Shown piece after piece: positions 1 to 8,586 of a stretch of 24,000 nucleotides of DNA. The notes below the pieces were generated by a model. That model was not told the DNA's origin. It worked only from the letters and a program-made list of their open reading frames with translations, and searched no databases. Within the stretch, counting starts at the first letter, position 1; the number at the start of each line of letters is the position of its first letter. The stretch is taken from NCBI RefSeq assembly GCF_018336915.1, contig NZ_CP064923.1, forward strand, positions 3,832,388-3,856,387. Reading direction: 5' to 3'. Made by a program: the position numbers and the translations under genes. This stretch comes from Acaryochloris marina S15 (GTDB lineage Bacteria; Cyanobacteriota; Cyanobacteriia; Thermosynechococcales; Thermosynechococcaceae).

Positions 1-154
1 TCGATATACCGCTGGATGCGTCGTAGTCTAGGGAGCATCTTACAAGCGACAGCATTGCTGCGCAGTGTTTAGCATTACAGTGAAAACAATCCCTTGCTAT
101 CACTGTTTCTGCTATTGGCCTGAACATTAATGCAACGATTTATATCCCTCTTTT

Positions 155-1141
155 ATGACCGCTTGGCCGTTAATTGCCTGGCGATTAATGCTGATTGAAA
201 TTATGACTCATAGCATATCTTCCCCTCAGCCCTCTGACTTACCTCAAAGCCTGCTGGGTCGGTTTCTCAAGTTTTTAAGACATCCCCGCTATACGGTGAA
301 TGTGGCAACAGAGCATCAAGGTGTTATTGATGTTCTGAGGCTCTATGCATTGGCTTTAGTGACGGTTTTGCCCCTAGGTGTTTTGAGTTCCAGATTGGCA
401 GATAATCTTGACTCTAGTAATAAAGTCTTAGAGATTACTAAAACCGTACCTATCTTGCAAATTATTCTGTTTGCGGTGATTCTGGCTCCGCTTTGGGAAG
501 AAGCGGTCTTCCGATTGCCTTTGCGCTATACCCCAATGAATCTAGCTATCCCTTTTTGTATCGGGATGATGTTGATTGTATCTTCCCTAACTGCGACTGA
601 TGTTCTCCCTCGCATCGCTGGATTACCCTTGTTGGCTGGCACAGTTGTTCTAGCGGTCGTTCTATGGCTGTGGCTCAAGGAACTAGATTCTCAACCCATC
701 CATACTTTTTATGAGAAATGGATAGGGTGGTTGTTTTATAGTTTTGCCTTAGCCTTTGGCCTAATTCATCTTGGGAACTTCACGAGTTTAGGTGCTCAGG
801 CTTGGCTTTTAGCCCCCCTTTTGGTGTTGCCCCAAACTGTGATTGGGGTGTTTTTGGGATTTATTCGGTTGCGGTACGGGTTTTGGTGGGCAGTGTTGAC
901 CCATGGCTTTCACAATGCCTGTGCAATCACGCCGCTGCTACTCGTGCGTCTGGGATCTGAGAATTTGCTTGAGAGTATGAGCAGTGGGATACAGGATAAG
1001 TCCTTGGCCGGAACAGACTATGTGCTCATATTACTGGTGTCTACCTATGTGCTCGGCGGCCTATTGCTCTGTTTGATTACCGTGTGGAGGTTAATTGCAG
1101 AATGGCGAGCAGAACACCGACAAGCTCGCCCCAATTCTTAG
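155..1141 (+). CDS. CPBP (CAAX protease / Abi) family intramembrane metalloprotease
   Basis: 328-aa polytopic hydrophobic ORF with ATG at 155. All three CPBP signature motifs are readable: EEAVFR (EExxxR), FGLIH (FxxxH) and HGFHN (HxxxN). An alternative start at M17 (203) is possible. Confidence 0.85.
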   Translation: MTAWPLIAWRLMLIEIMTHSISSPQPSDLPQSLLGRFLKFLRHPRYTVNVATEHQGVIDVLRLYALALVTVLPLGVLSSRLADNLDSSNKVLEITKTVPILQIILFAVILAPLWEEAVFRLPLRYTPMNLAIPFCIGMMLIVSSLTATDVLPRIAGLPLLAGTVVLAVVLWLWLKELDSQPIHTFYEKWIGWLFYSFALAFGLIHLGNFTSLGAQAWLLAPLLVLPQTVIGVFLGFIRLRYGFWWAVLTHGFHNACAITPLLLVRLGSENLLESMSSGIQDKSLAGTDYVLILLVSTYVLGGLLLCLITVWRLIAEWRAEHRQARPNS

Positions 1142-1182
1142 GGAAAGTCAGGGCACAGTGACCTGGGCAAAGAGTGCAGCCT

Positions 1183-1198
1183 GGTTGCGATCGCAACC
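1183..1198. repeat. Extended HIP1 palindrome GGTTGCGATCGCAACC between convergent genes
   Basis: Perfect 16-nt palindrome containing the cyanobacterial HIP1 octamer GCGATCGC (1187-1194). It lies in the 86-nt gap between the stop codons of the convergent 155..1141 and 1228..2373 genes. Confidence 0.8.
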
Positions 1199-1227
1199 AT
1201 TGAAACCTCCCCAAAATAGTGTTGACC

Positions 1228-2373
1228 CTAAGATTCTTTCGGCATCACAGGATAGCCCCGCACTGCTGTATCAATGACTTGGGTTGATTTAATTCGGCGA
1301 GAGAACAGTGCCAATGTTTCTACTGCCCGCAGAATGCCATAGGAGAGCCAGCCTCGTAGGGCACTGGCCTGCCCATCAAAGGGGCGACAGCGAGCCAGGT
1401 CTGGTTCAAGAACCTGTTGGCGAAACGTCTCAATCACAGCGGGATTAGAAAAAATGGCTAGGACTTCTTCTTCGATGCGATAGCTCAAAAAATCAAAATT
1501 TGAAGATCCCACCACTAGATAGCGATCGTCGACCAGAGCTGCTTTCATATGGCTCATGCCGTCATAGAGGCGGACATCAAACCCCGACCGTTGGGCCTCC
1601 CACAAAAGATAATCTCTCACAGTGCCTTTGTTGTTGCCTTCTGGTGTGAGTAGAGTGACGGGGACGCCCCGCTGAGGTAGTTCGGCTAGTGCCCCGCAGA
1701 ACGGAAAGGTCAGATAGGGACTGATAATATGCAGAGATTTCTGGGCGGAGCATAGCAAATCCATCGTTTGCGCAAATGTGGCTTCATTAGACCGACCATC
1801 CAGGAGGAAAAACTCACAGTCTCCGAAATCAGCATGCCTGGGCTGGGATTGATCTTGCCAAGTCGCCACAAAATCTGCCCGCAGGAATTCCACCATTGCT
1901 GGGTCTTCTAGCCGAAACATCAGGTCATGCCAAGCAAAGTTATGGTCGCTGAAGTTAAAGCCGCCCACATAGGCAATGCGGTTATCGATCACGATCAGCT
2001 TTTTATGACTCCGCCCCACGAAGTGAATTAAGAAGGGACCCACCGGATTTGTAAAGCGAACCTGGCCTCCATCCTGTATTAGGGCTTCAAACATCGCGTG
2101 AGTCTGGCGGACCTCGGTTTTAAGTTCTTGATCCGACCAATATTTGGGATGGTAGATAAACTTGTCACTCTGAATAAATCGTGTGTAGTTATCCACCAAG
2201 ATTTGTTTACAAGGAGCTGCAGATGCCCGCATTGCCTCGATGACATTCTGGCCCGTTTGATCGCCTTCAAAGGTCATCATCTGCAGCATGATTTCGTGGT
2301 TAGCTGCTTGCAGATCGCTCTGGAGGCGCTGCCAAAAGGCATCCGCATCTACAAGAAGCTCCACATGATTCAT
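1228..2373 (-). CDS. Phospholipase D superfamily protein with two HKD motifs (cardiolipin-synthase/PLD-like), no signal peptide or N-terminal TM
   Basis: 381-aa ORF with ATG start. Two HxK(x)4D motifs are present: HKKLIVIDNRIAYVGGFNFSD and HMKAALVDDRYLVVGSSNFD. Confidence 0.85.
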   Translation of the reverse strand: MNHVELLVDADAFWQRLQSDLQAANHEIMLQMMTFEGDQTGQNVIEAMRASAAPCKQILVDNYTRFIQSDKFIYHPKYWSDQELKTEVRQTHAMFEALIQDGGQVRFTNPVGPFLIHFVGRSHKKLIVIDNRIAYVGGFNFSDHNFAWHDLMFRLEDPAMVEFLRADFVATWQDQSQPRHADFGDCEFFLLDGRSNEATFAQTMDLLCSAQKSLHIISPYLTFPFCGALAELPQRGVPVTLLTPEGNNKGTVRDYLLWEAQRSGFDVRLYDGMSHMKAALVDDRYLVVGSSNFDFLSYRIEEEVLAIFSNPAVIETFRQQVLEPDLARCRPFDGQASALRGWLSYGILRAVETLALFSRRIKSTQVIDTAVRGYPVMPKES

Positions 2374-2784
2374 ACGCTAGACCTAACGATAAGGGATATC
2401 ACAGTCCACCAAGGATTGTGCCCTTGATGTTACTTTCGCCAGAGTAACAAAGCTTGTTCCCTGCAGCAAAAATAGTCTCTCAAGAGGTTAGGCCTGGGTT
2501 AGAGAGGTATTGTGGATGCGATCTCATCCAGTATTGCCCGAGATTCACCTGACAAAGGCACAAGATGACAGACATCTATGCAATGTAAATTTGAGCAGTC
2601 TCTAAATAGTCTGAATTGACTCAAGCTAGAACTTGAAGCATTCATTTAAGAAAGCTTTTTACCTGTAAACGGATAAGACAGGGATAAAAGGGGAAGTAGC
2701 CTCAAAGATATTGAAAAATTCCATATGCCTCTTGCAGACTTCATTTTGGGCATCCTAAGACTAGGTTAATATCGATTTTAGAGA

Positions 2785-2799
2785 GTTCTCATTGAGAAC
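2785..2799. promoter_or_regulatory. Palindrome GTTCTC-ATT-GAGAAC, 9 nt upstream of the cNMP/EAL start codon
   Basis: Perfect 6-bp arms with a 3-nt spacer, located where a ribosome-binding site would be expected. It could be an operator or a translational hairpin. It is short, so support is weak. Confidence 0.25.
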
Positions 2800-2807
2800 C
2801 AAGCATT

Positions 2808-4136
2808 ATGTCTGAGGGAAAAGAGTCTTCGTTGTTGGTTCATTTTCAGCCTGGAGAGCTGATTTTTACTGCCGGTGAAGAAGGGCACCATGCCTACATT
2901 ATTGAGTCAGGCCAAGTCGATATTTTTGTAACAACAACGGGGAAAGACGTCTCCTTCAAGACTCTTGTCAAAGGAGATGTATTTGGTGAGATGGCTGTGA
3001 TTGATGCTTCTCCCCGCTCAGCCTCTGCTCGGGCATTAACAGAGACCTGTTGTGTTGTTATTTCCAGTGAGCAAATCTCAGATCGGATTGAAGCTTCTGA
3101 TCCTGTGGTCAAGCTGTTAGTCTCACGGTTATTGGATCATATTCGGTCGTTGAATACTGGAGTCTCCCAGGCTGCTATGCCTGGCTCAGACCTACCGGAG
3201 TCCTCGTTAACATCATCGTCTCCGTTCTTTCCTCACCAACCTGTCTTGGAAAAAATGCGGTTGGAGTCGGAATTACTAGATGCGATCGCAACCAATGCCT
3301 TTGTCCCCCACTATCAGCCTCTAGTTGATCTGGAGACGGAAGAGATCCTGGGATTTGAATTCTTAATTCGGTGGGAAAGCCCCACCCGAGGCTGGGTTTC
3401 TCCTGCCATGTTTATCAATACAGCAGAAGAAACTTCATTGATTCGCCCCATTGGTCGTTGGGTTCTTGAAAACGCCTGCGCAGATCTCAATCGCCTTAAT
3501 CAGGCCCTCACTAACACTTTGGCAAACCCAGTGGAGAACAGACCACCGTTATTTATCAGCGTTAACGTCTCTGCCCGCCAGTTTCAAGCCCCACAATTTA
3601 ATGAAGAATTGCTTGAGATCCTCCAGCGACATCAGATTCCCCATTCCCAGATTAAATTGGAGGTCACTGAGCGGGTCCTAATGGAGGGACCTTCAGCTAT
3701 CAACATCATTCAACAGTGCCGACAGCTTGGATTTCATCTAGCCCTCGATGACTTTGGCACAGGATTTTCGAGTCTCACTTATCTCGCTAAATTTGAGATA
3801 GATAGCCTCAAAATAGACCAGTATTTTGTCCGTCAAATGTTAACGAATCGTCGAACCCTGGCTCTGATGAAGAATATTTTGGCCATGACTCGGGATTTGG
3901 AAATGCTTTCCGTTGCTGAAGGAGTGGAAACCCAGGAAGAGCTTGATATTCTGCGGCGGTTAGGCTGCCAAGTTGGGCAAGGATATTTGTTTGGCAAACC
4001 TCTCCCTTTTGAATCAGCCAAAAACTTACTGTTAGATAACTATCGTTACTCCTCAAGGCCAACTGTCAAAGTTCTTCGGGAGTGCGAGTTCGAGAGCAAT
4101 GTGCCGCTTCAGACGGCCAGGTTCAAAACCAGGTAA
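2808..4136 (+). CDS. Cyclic-nucleotide-binding domain + EAL domain protein (putative cNMP-regulated c-di-GMP phosphodiesterase)
   Basis: The N-terminus has the cNMP phosphate-binding cassette FGEMAVIDASPRSASARA. The C-terminus has EAL-domain motifs: EFLIRW (EAL variant EFL), KLEVTE, DDFGTGFSSL, KIDQYF, AEGVETQEE and GQGYLFGKP. Confidence 0.85.
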   Translation: MSEGKESSLLVHFQPGELIFTAGEEGHHAYIIESGQVDIFVTTTGKDVSFKTLVKGDVFGEMAVIDASPRSASARALTETCCVVISSEQISDRIEASDPVVKLLVSRLLDHIRSLNTGVSQAAMPGSDLPESSLTSSSPFFPHQPVLEKMRLESELLDAIATNAFVPHYQPLVDLETEEILGFEFLIRWESPTRGWVSPAMFINTAEETSLIRPIGRWVLENACADLNRLNQALTNTLANPVENRPPLFISVNVSARQFQAPQFNEELLEILQRHQIPHSQIKLEVTERVLMEGPSAINIIQQCRQLGFHLALDDFGTGFSSLTYLAKFEIDSLKIDQYFVRQMLTNRRTLALMKNILAMTRDLEMLSVAEGVETQEELDILRRLGCQVGQGYLFGKPLPFESAKNLLLDNYRYSSRPTVKVLRECEFESNVPLQTARFKTR

Positions 4137-5780
4137 CAGTGTCATAGGCGATCAGGATAATCTGGAGGCTTGTCGTTTCCTCCTCTGACTGGATCACCGA
4201 GCATGATTTCAACCCCTGCCATTGCAGCCACCCTTCCTCCGAAGATCCGCAAAGATATCGGCATCTAGGCTCTATCGAGATCCATGCCCATCGCCCGCAT
4301 TGCCAGAAAGAATCAAGTCAGTCGGAAGTTTGTGTATGAGCAGGAAGGTATCGCTGCACAAGCATTAGAGGACACCTTTCTCGACTCTAAAGGGGATAAT
4401 GAGGTTCTGTTCCATCTGCCAATCACCAAAACTTGGCTATTCCAGCTGATTCTGACCTTGGCGCTGATCTGCCACAGCTCCTATCGAGGTGTCGTTGAGC
4501 TACTGCGGGATCTGCTTGATTGGCTCATCAGTGTAGGAACAGTTCACAACCGTTTGCAAGTCGCAGCTGCAAAGGCAGAAGAGATCAACCAAGCTCAAGA
4601 CCTGTCTACGATTAAGCAGGGTCTTCATGATGAGATCTTTCAAGGCTCGATGCCTGTATTGACAGGGGTAGATGCCTTTTCCACTTACTGCTACCTCCTC
4701 AAAGCCGCAGAGCATCGAGATGAAGAGACTTGGGGATGGTACTTACTGGAGCTCCAAGCCCGAGGGTTCGACCCTGACAACACAATTGCTGATGGAGCAA
4801 AAGGCTTGAGGGCTGGGCAAAAAGCAGCCATGTCTGATACCCCATGCCATAGCGATGTCTTTCATATTCTCAAACAGTTTAAGGACTTTGTTCTGAGTTT
4901 GACACGCAAAGTTCAAGGGGTAACATCATCACGAGTGGACCAGGAGGAGGACATTATTAGAGCCCAACTTGCACAAGAACCCACTCGGTCGATGATAAGC
5001 AAGTGGGTTCACCTTAATCGTCGAGAGAAGAGGCTCTTCACCTTACTAAAAGATGTCAAAACCCTGTTTCAGTGGATGGTTCATGATGTCCTCGAACTAG
5101 CAGATCCAACCTTGTCAGTGCGTCAGGAGTTATTTGACTTCATCAAGGTAGAACTCCAACAGCGGGATGATGGTGAGTTCCCTATGATGCGCAAACTGTG
5201 GAAGGCATTGCACAACCAACGTGACCAACTTCTGGCATTTTCAGGGGTGTTAGATCAAAAGCTGGCTGAGATTACTATTCGCTTGGATATGCCGCTAGCC
5301 AAGGTCAGAGAAGTCTGTCTGCTTCATCGAAAACAGACTACCTCCAATGCCTACTGGGAGAAGTGGAACCAATTACATCAGGGACTTTCAGGAAAATTCT
5401 ACTACCTGATGGAAGCGGCCACTGAGGCACTTAAACAGACGTCTAGAGCTAGTTCGTTAGTGGAGAATCTCAACTCCCGGCTGCGCAATTACTTCTTTCT
5501 ACGACGTACCCTTGGGAACTCCTATTTGGGACTGTTGCAGTACTTCTTGAATCACCGCTGTTTTATGCGAAGTGAGATTCCTGAACGCGAAGGTAAAAGT
5601 CCTAAAGAATTGCTGACGGGAGAACCTCATTCTCACTGGCTAGAGCTACTAGGATTCAAACGATTCCAACGGGCATAGTCTGAATCTGATTGGGAAGCAG
5701 TAGACCTCAAGTCATCGATAATTGATGGCTTATTTTGCCGTGGAAGTGTAACCCAAAATCCACTGTTTTTGAACCAGGCC
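4115..5780 (+). mobile_element. Insertion sequence (single DDE transposase) with candidate imperfect terminal inverted repeats
   Basis: GGCCAGGTTCAAAA (4115-4128) matches the reverse complement of TTTTGAACCAGGCC (5767-5780) at 13 of 14 positions. An inner ACAGTG (4136-4141) matches CACTGT (5761-5766). Together they bracket the transposase ORF. No target-site duplication was seen. Confidence 0.5.
4284..5678 (+). CDS. DDE-type transposase (family not assigned)
   Basis: 464-aa ORF with an N-terminal HTH-like segment (IARIARKNQVSRKFVYEQ). Candidate catalytic residues are in HDEIF, TIADGAKG and SLVENLNSRLR, followed by a typical transposase C-terminus (GKSPKELLTG). The in-frame upstream ATG at 4203 is separated from this ORF by a TAG at 4266-4268. 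Confidence 0.75.
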   Translation: MPIARIARKNQVSRKFVYEQEGIAAQALEDTFLDSKGDNEVLFHLPITKTWLFQLILTLALICHSSYRGVVELLRDLLDWLISVGTVHNRLQVAAAKAEEINQAQDLSTIKQGLHDEIFQGSMPVLTGVDAFSTYCYLLKAAEHRDEETWGWYLLELQARGFDPDNTIADGAKGLRAGQKAAMSDTPCHSDVFHILKQFKDFVLSLTRKVQGVTSSRVDQEEDIIRAQLAQEPTRSMISKWVHLNRREKRLFTLLKDVKTLFQWMVHDVLELADPTLSVRQELFDFIKVELQQRDDGEFPMMRKLWKALHNQRDQLLAFSGVLDQKLAEITIRLDMPLAKVREVCLLHRKQTTSNAYWEKWNQLHQGLSGKFYYLMEAATEALKQTSRASSLVENLNSRLRNYFFLRRTLGNSYLGLLQYFLNHRCFMRSEIPEREGKSPKELLTGEPHSHWLELLGFKRFQRA

Positions 5781-5962
5781 AACTTAAGGCACTAGTTGTG
5801 TAACAGGATCTATAGTCTTTAGGCCTTATTGAATCGGCATTTGAGGCTTCTGCCTCCATTTTATCTGAAGTTTTGGCAGAAAAATGACTTTTGTCTTGTA
5901 GTTTTAGAAGACCAGTGCTCTGACAACTTTTACAAATGAATAATTGATAGGGGCTTTTTTTA

Positions 5963-7033
5963 TTAAAAATGGACAAGCATTGTTTTCTGAATGAAGGGCG
6001 ATGTCATAGCTGATAAAATTCCCCCATAATCCAGATTAAATCTAACTTCGCTACCAATCTTCAAATCGCAGTCCTTACTATCAAGGACAATATGATCGCT
6101 GCTAGAACCGAGTATTTCAACATCGTTCTCAGCACTTAAGCTAGAGACCAAAACATCTTGCCTTCCTAATGCAATAATGGCTCGGTGCTGAATCCCTTGA
6201 TCTATAAATGCAGGGATATTCCCAAAGGCATCCTGACAAATCGTACCAAAAGGCAAAGAGGGCTTTTCTTTTGCCTCAATCACTTCAGCGATTAGTTTAA
6301 AGGCATGGCGATATAATCTCGGAATTCTTCTTCCATATACCGTTTCACAGCCTAAAAGGATCGATTCTCCCACACGGAGGTTATTGATTCTTCCAGTTCC
6401 CTGATTCGATTGATACCATTCATAGTTTGCCGAGTTTCCGCCTGAAACAATGGTGAAGTTCATCTGAAATTCAGTTTCCATTGCAGTAGCTAATTCAGAT
6501 AACTCATCCATATTTTGTGCATCTGGCTTAATCCCTCCATAACAAGCCAAATTGCAGCCAATGCCAATAATATCAATATTAGGGAAGCCCAACACTTTGT
6601 GGATAAAAGGAGCAAGATCATCAGGAAGAATGCCCTCTCGAAGATCGCCTAATTCCACCATAATGATAATCTGATGAATCTTATTTTGCACTTTGGCATA
6701 GCGAGAAAGCGCTTTTATCGTCTCAAGCTCTGTATTCAGACTAATATCTACAGTTCTAATCACCAATTCTGCCTGACTCAAGGCTGTGCGAAGCAACACA
6801 AACTGAGCTGATATCCCCGCATCCTTCATCCTTTGAATATTTTCAAGGCGTGAGTCGGCAATAAAGTTAATACCACCTTGAAGCATAGCTGCAGCGATCG
6901 CAGGTTCTCCGAGGGTCGCTTTAGTAACACCCATCAAAGAAATACCTTTCTGCCTGTACAACTCCGATAGGATCTGTGCATTATGCTGTATCTGCGAGAG
7001 GGAAATCTCTATCCTTGGCAAAAAAGCTTGCAT
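5963..7033 (-). CDS. Fold-type III PLP enzyme, alanine/ornithine racemase-like (YhfX-like)
   Basis: 356-aa ORF with ATG start. The N-terminal MGVTKATLG resembles the PLP-lysine motif of alanine-racemase N-terminal domains. Length and the C-terminal beta-domain pattern fit this family. It starts 25 nt downstream of the DUF1611 gene on the same strand. Confidence 0.65.
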   Translation of the reverse strand: MQAFLPRIEISLSQIQHNAQILSELYRQKGISLMGVTKATLGEPAIAAAMLQGGINFIADSRLENIQRMKDAGISAQFVLLRTALSQAELVIRTVDISLNTELETIKALSRYAKVQNKIHQIIIMVELGDLREGILPDDLAPFIHKVLGFPNIDIIGIGCNLACYGGIKPDAQNMDELSELATAMETEFQMNFTIVSGGNSANYEWYQSNQGTGRINNLRVGESILLGCETVYGRRIPRLYRHAFKLIAEVIEAKEKPSLPFGTICQDAFGNIPAFIDQGIQHRAIIALGRQDVLVSSLSAENDVEILGSSSDHIVLDSKDCDLKIGSEVRFNLDYGGILSAMTSPFIQKTMLVHF

Positions 7034-7058
7034 CTATCTCAATCCAGATATTTTGCAT

Positions 7059-8180
7059 CTACCCCATTGCCAATAGCAGTACTTTCTCTAACCCCTCCTG
7101 CTTAATTTTTTGATTCAGTTGCGGAAAATGCTGACCCAATGCCTGAATCAGTTTTTGACACCCATCACTAAGGACATCGGTTGTTGGTACTTGAAAATAG
7201 TCTTCATACTCTGCGATCACCCTTTGGGTTTCTGTAGTAGACATGTTTTCATGGCTAACTGTGATGGCAAGCACCTGAGATTGGGAAATCGATTCAATCA
7301 GTTGAATTTCACTCTCCAGAGTAGGCATAGATAGATGAGGAAAATCACATCGAAATTTTCTGGCAGGTGGATGCTGGAGAATGACTCCATCGGGCATACT
7401 GCCTTTTAAAATACCGAGAGAACTCATAAAAGCGGGATGACCGACTGCACTTTGACCTTCCACCAAAATGATATCGGGGGCTTCATTGTCAAACGTCTGC
7501 ACCACAGCATTTTCTATTTCACCAATTACGAATTGGGACACCAGAGCATCCATGGATACTCCATATTTTGCTCCTTGCATTAAACCCGTCTGCCCTGTCG
7601 CGACCATGACAGATTTTATCCCCAGCCTCTTTAAGGCTTGATTCAACTCCACTGCGGTAGTCATTTTGCCGCAAGCACAATCTGTACCGAGGACAGCAAT
7701 GACAGGTACATTCACTCTAGCTATTTGACCGCTAAAGATATGCAAATCCTTGAGCTGAGGTGGTTTTCTAATATCTTTAATCTGAATACCATGGTGATCA
7801 GCCATACGGGCAAACTCTGGATCTTCAGAGAAAAATTGGTGCAAACCGTTAATGATATCCATGCCCTTGGACATCGCTTCAAGAATTAAGAACCTTTCCA
7901 CCCTTGAGACACAGGCATCTAAAGGAGCTTTTCCATAGATGTAGCAATTTGGAACTTCTTGTAGCTGGTCTAAAGCCTCATCTAAGTTGGCAAAAATAGG
8001 GATGCCGTTTTTATGATCTCCTAACTCTTCCCCAGCATCTCTTCCCGCTAAAGTACTATCAATAACGCCAACGATGGTATACGCCTCAGAGTGCCGAACT
8101 AACCCTGAAGCAGTTTTCCCGTCTACTAAACCAAACTGATTCTCGCAGTAAACTAAAGCCGTCTTTTTCGCAAATGGCAT
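7059..8180 (-). CDS. DUF1611 family P-loop protein (DgcN-like, possible amino-acid N-acetyltransferase)
   Basis: 373-aa ORF with ATG start. It has a Walker-A-like GTDCACGKMTT in the position typical of DUF1611 proteins. Overall sequence feel matches DUF1611 members I recall from cyanobacteria. It is the first gene of a two-gene operon. Confidence 0.6.
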   Translation of the reverse strand: MPFAKKTALVYCENQFGLVDGKTASGLVRHSEAYTIVGVIDSTLAGRDAGEELGDHKNGIPIFANLDEALDQLQEVPNCYIYGKAPLDACVSRVERFLILEAMSKGMDIINGLHQFFSEDPEFARMADHHGIQIKDIRKPPQLKDLHIFSGQIARVNVPVIAVLGTDCACGKMTTAVELNQALKRLGIKSVMVATGQTGLMQGAKYGVSMDALVSQFVIGEIENAVVQTFDNEAPDIILVEGQSAVGHPAFMSSLGILKGSMPDGVILQHPPARKFRCDFPHLSMPTLESEIQLIESISQSQVLAITVSHENMSTTETQRVIAEYEDYFQVPTTDVLSDGCQKLIQALGQHFPQLNQKIKQEGLEKVLLLAMG

Positions 8181-8207
8181 GCAATTAAACCTTTACAATT
8201 TTCTCTT

Positions 8208-8254
8208 AAATACTCAAGAGGCTTTTATAAGATTGCTAAGCCTCTTGAGTATTT
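8208..8254. other. 17-bp perfect stem-loop (AAATACTCAAGAGGCTT / AAGCCTCTTGAGTATTT, 13-nt loop)
   Basis: Positions 8208-8224 pair perfectly with 8238-8254. On the + strand the stem is followed by AGAGTTTATTTATTTTTTCTC (T-rich). On the - strand it sits 27 nt upstream of the DUF1611 ATG and has no T-run after it. Confidence 0.7.
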
Positions 8255-8410
8255 AGAGTTTATTTATTTTTTCTCACAGGAAGAAACTATTCAGAAAGTA
8301 CAGTTCCTGAAATCTAGTGTGATCGTGTTTTTTAAAGATCTACGCAGTTAAAACTGCAGAGCTTAGTAAATTCTTTGGTGAATATAAGTAATGTATATAT
8401 CGAAGCGAGA

Positions 8411-8440
8411 AGCTCAGGACCTAGCTGAGTTTTCTTTTAA
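8411..8440 (+). terminator. Terminator-like hairpin + U-tract on + strand
   Basis: AGCTCAG (8411-8417) pairs with CTGAGTT (8425-8431), including one G-U pair, around a 7-nt loop. TTCTTTTAA follows. No annotated + strand gene lies upstream. Confidence 0.3.
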
Positions 8441-8586
8441 ACCTATACCTATAGAAACTGTAACATATATTACTTTTTAGAATTATTGAATCAAAGATCT
8501 TGGTATGCTTTATTGCCTGAATACAGACTCGCTGATTCCTTACTGCCTACCTTCACCAGCTCAAGGGTGACCGGCTTGATCCTCCG

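Noticed and set aside
1-106. Possible 3' end of a + strand gene (frame 1 open to the TAG at 70-72, ...SIYRWMRRSLGSILQATALLRSV), plus a 7-bp hairpin ACAGTGA/TCACTGT (77-106).
   Set aside because: Only 23 codons are visible with no recognisable motif, and the hairpin is weak with a 16-nt loop. This is not enough to call a gene.
2079-2427. ORFs 2079..2270 (-) and 2098..2427 (+) overlapping the PLD gene.
   Set aside because: They are alternative-frame or antisense shadows of the well-supported 1228..2373 gene, and they have no motifs.
2680-2720. GGAAGTAG, reminiscent of the glutamine (glnA) riboswitch core.
   Set aside because: The flanking CGTTCA...GAACG pairing elements of that motif are absent, so this is a chance octamer.
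2894-4062. ORFs 2894..3112 (-), 3451..3681 (+), 3808..4062 (-) and 3833..4021 (-) within the cNMP/EAL gene.
   Set aside because: They are embedded in a gene with clear domain motifs, so they are shadow ORFs.
5707-5976. 89-aa ORF on the - strand downstream of the racemase-like gene.
   Set aside because: It has a TTG start, overlaps the racemase 3' end by 14 nt, crosses the candidate right inverted repeat of the IS, and has no motif.
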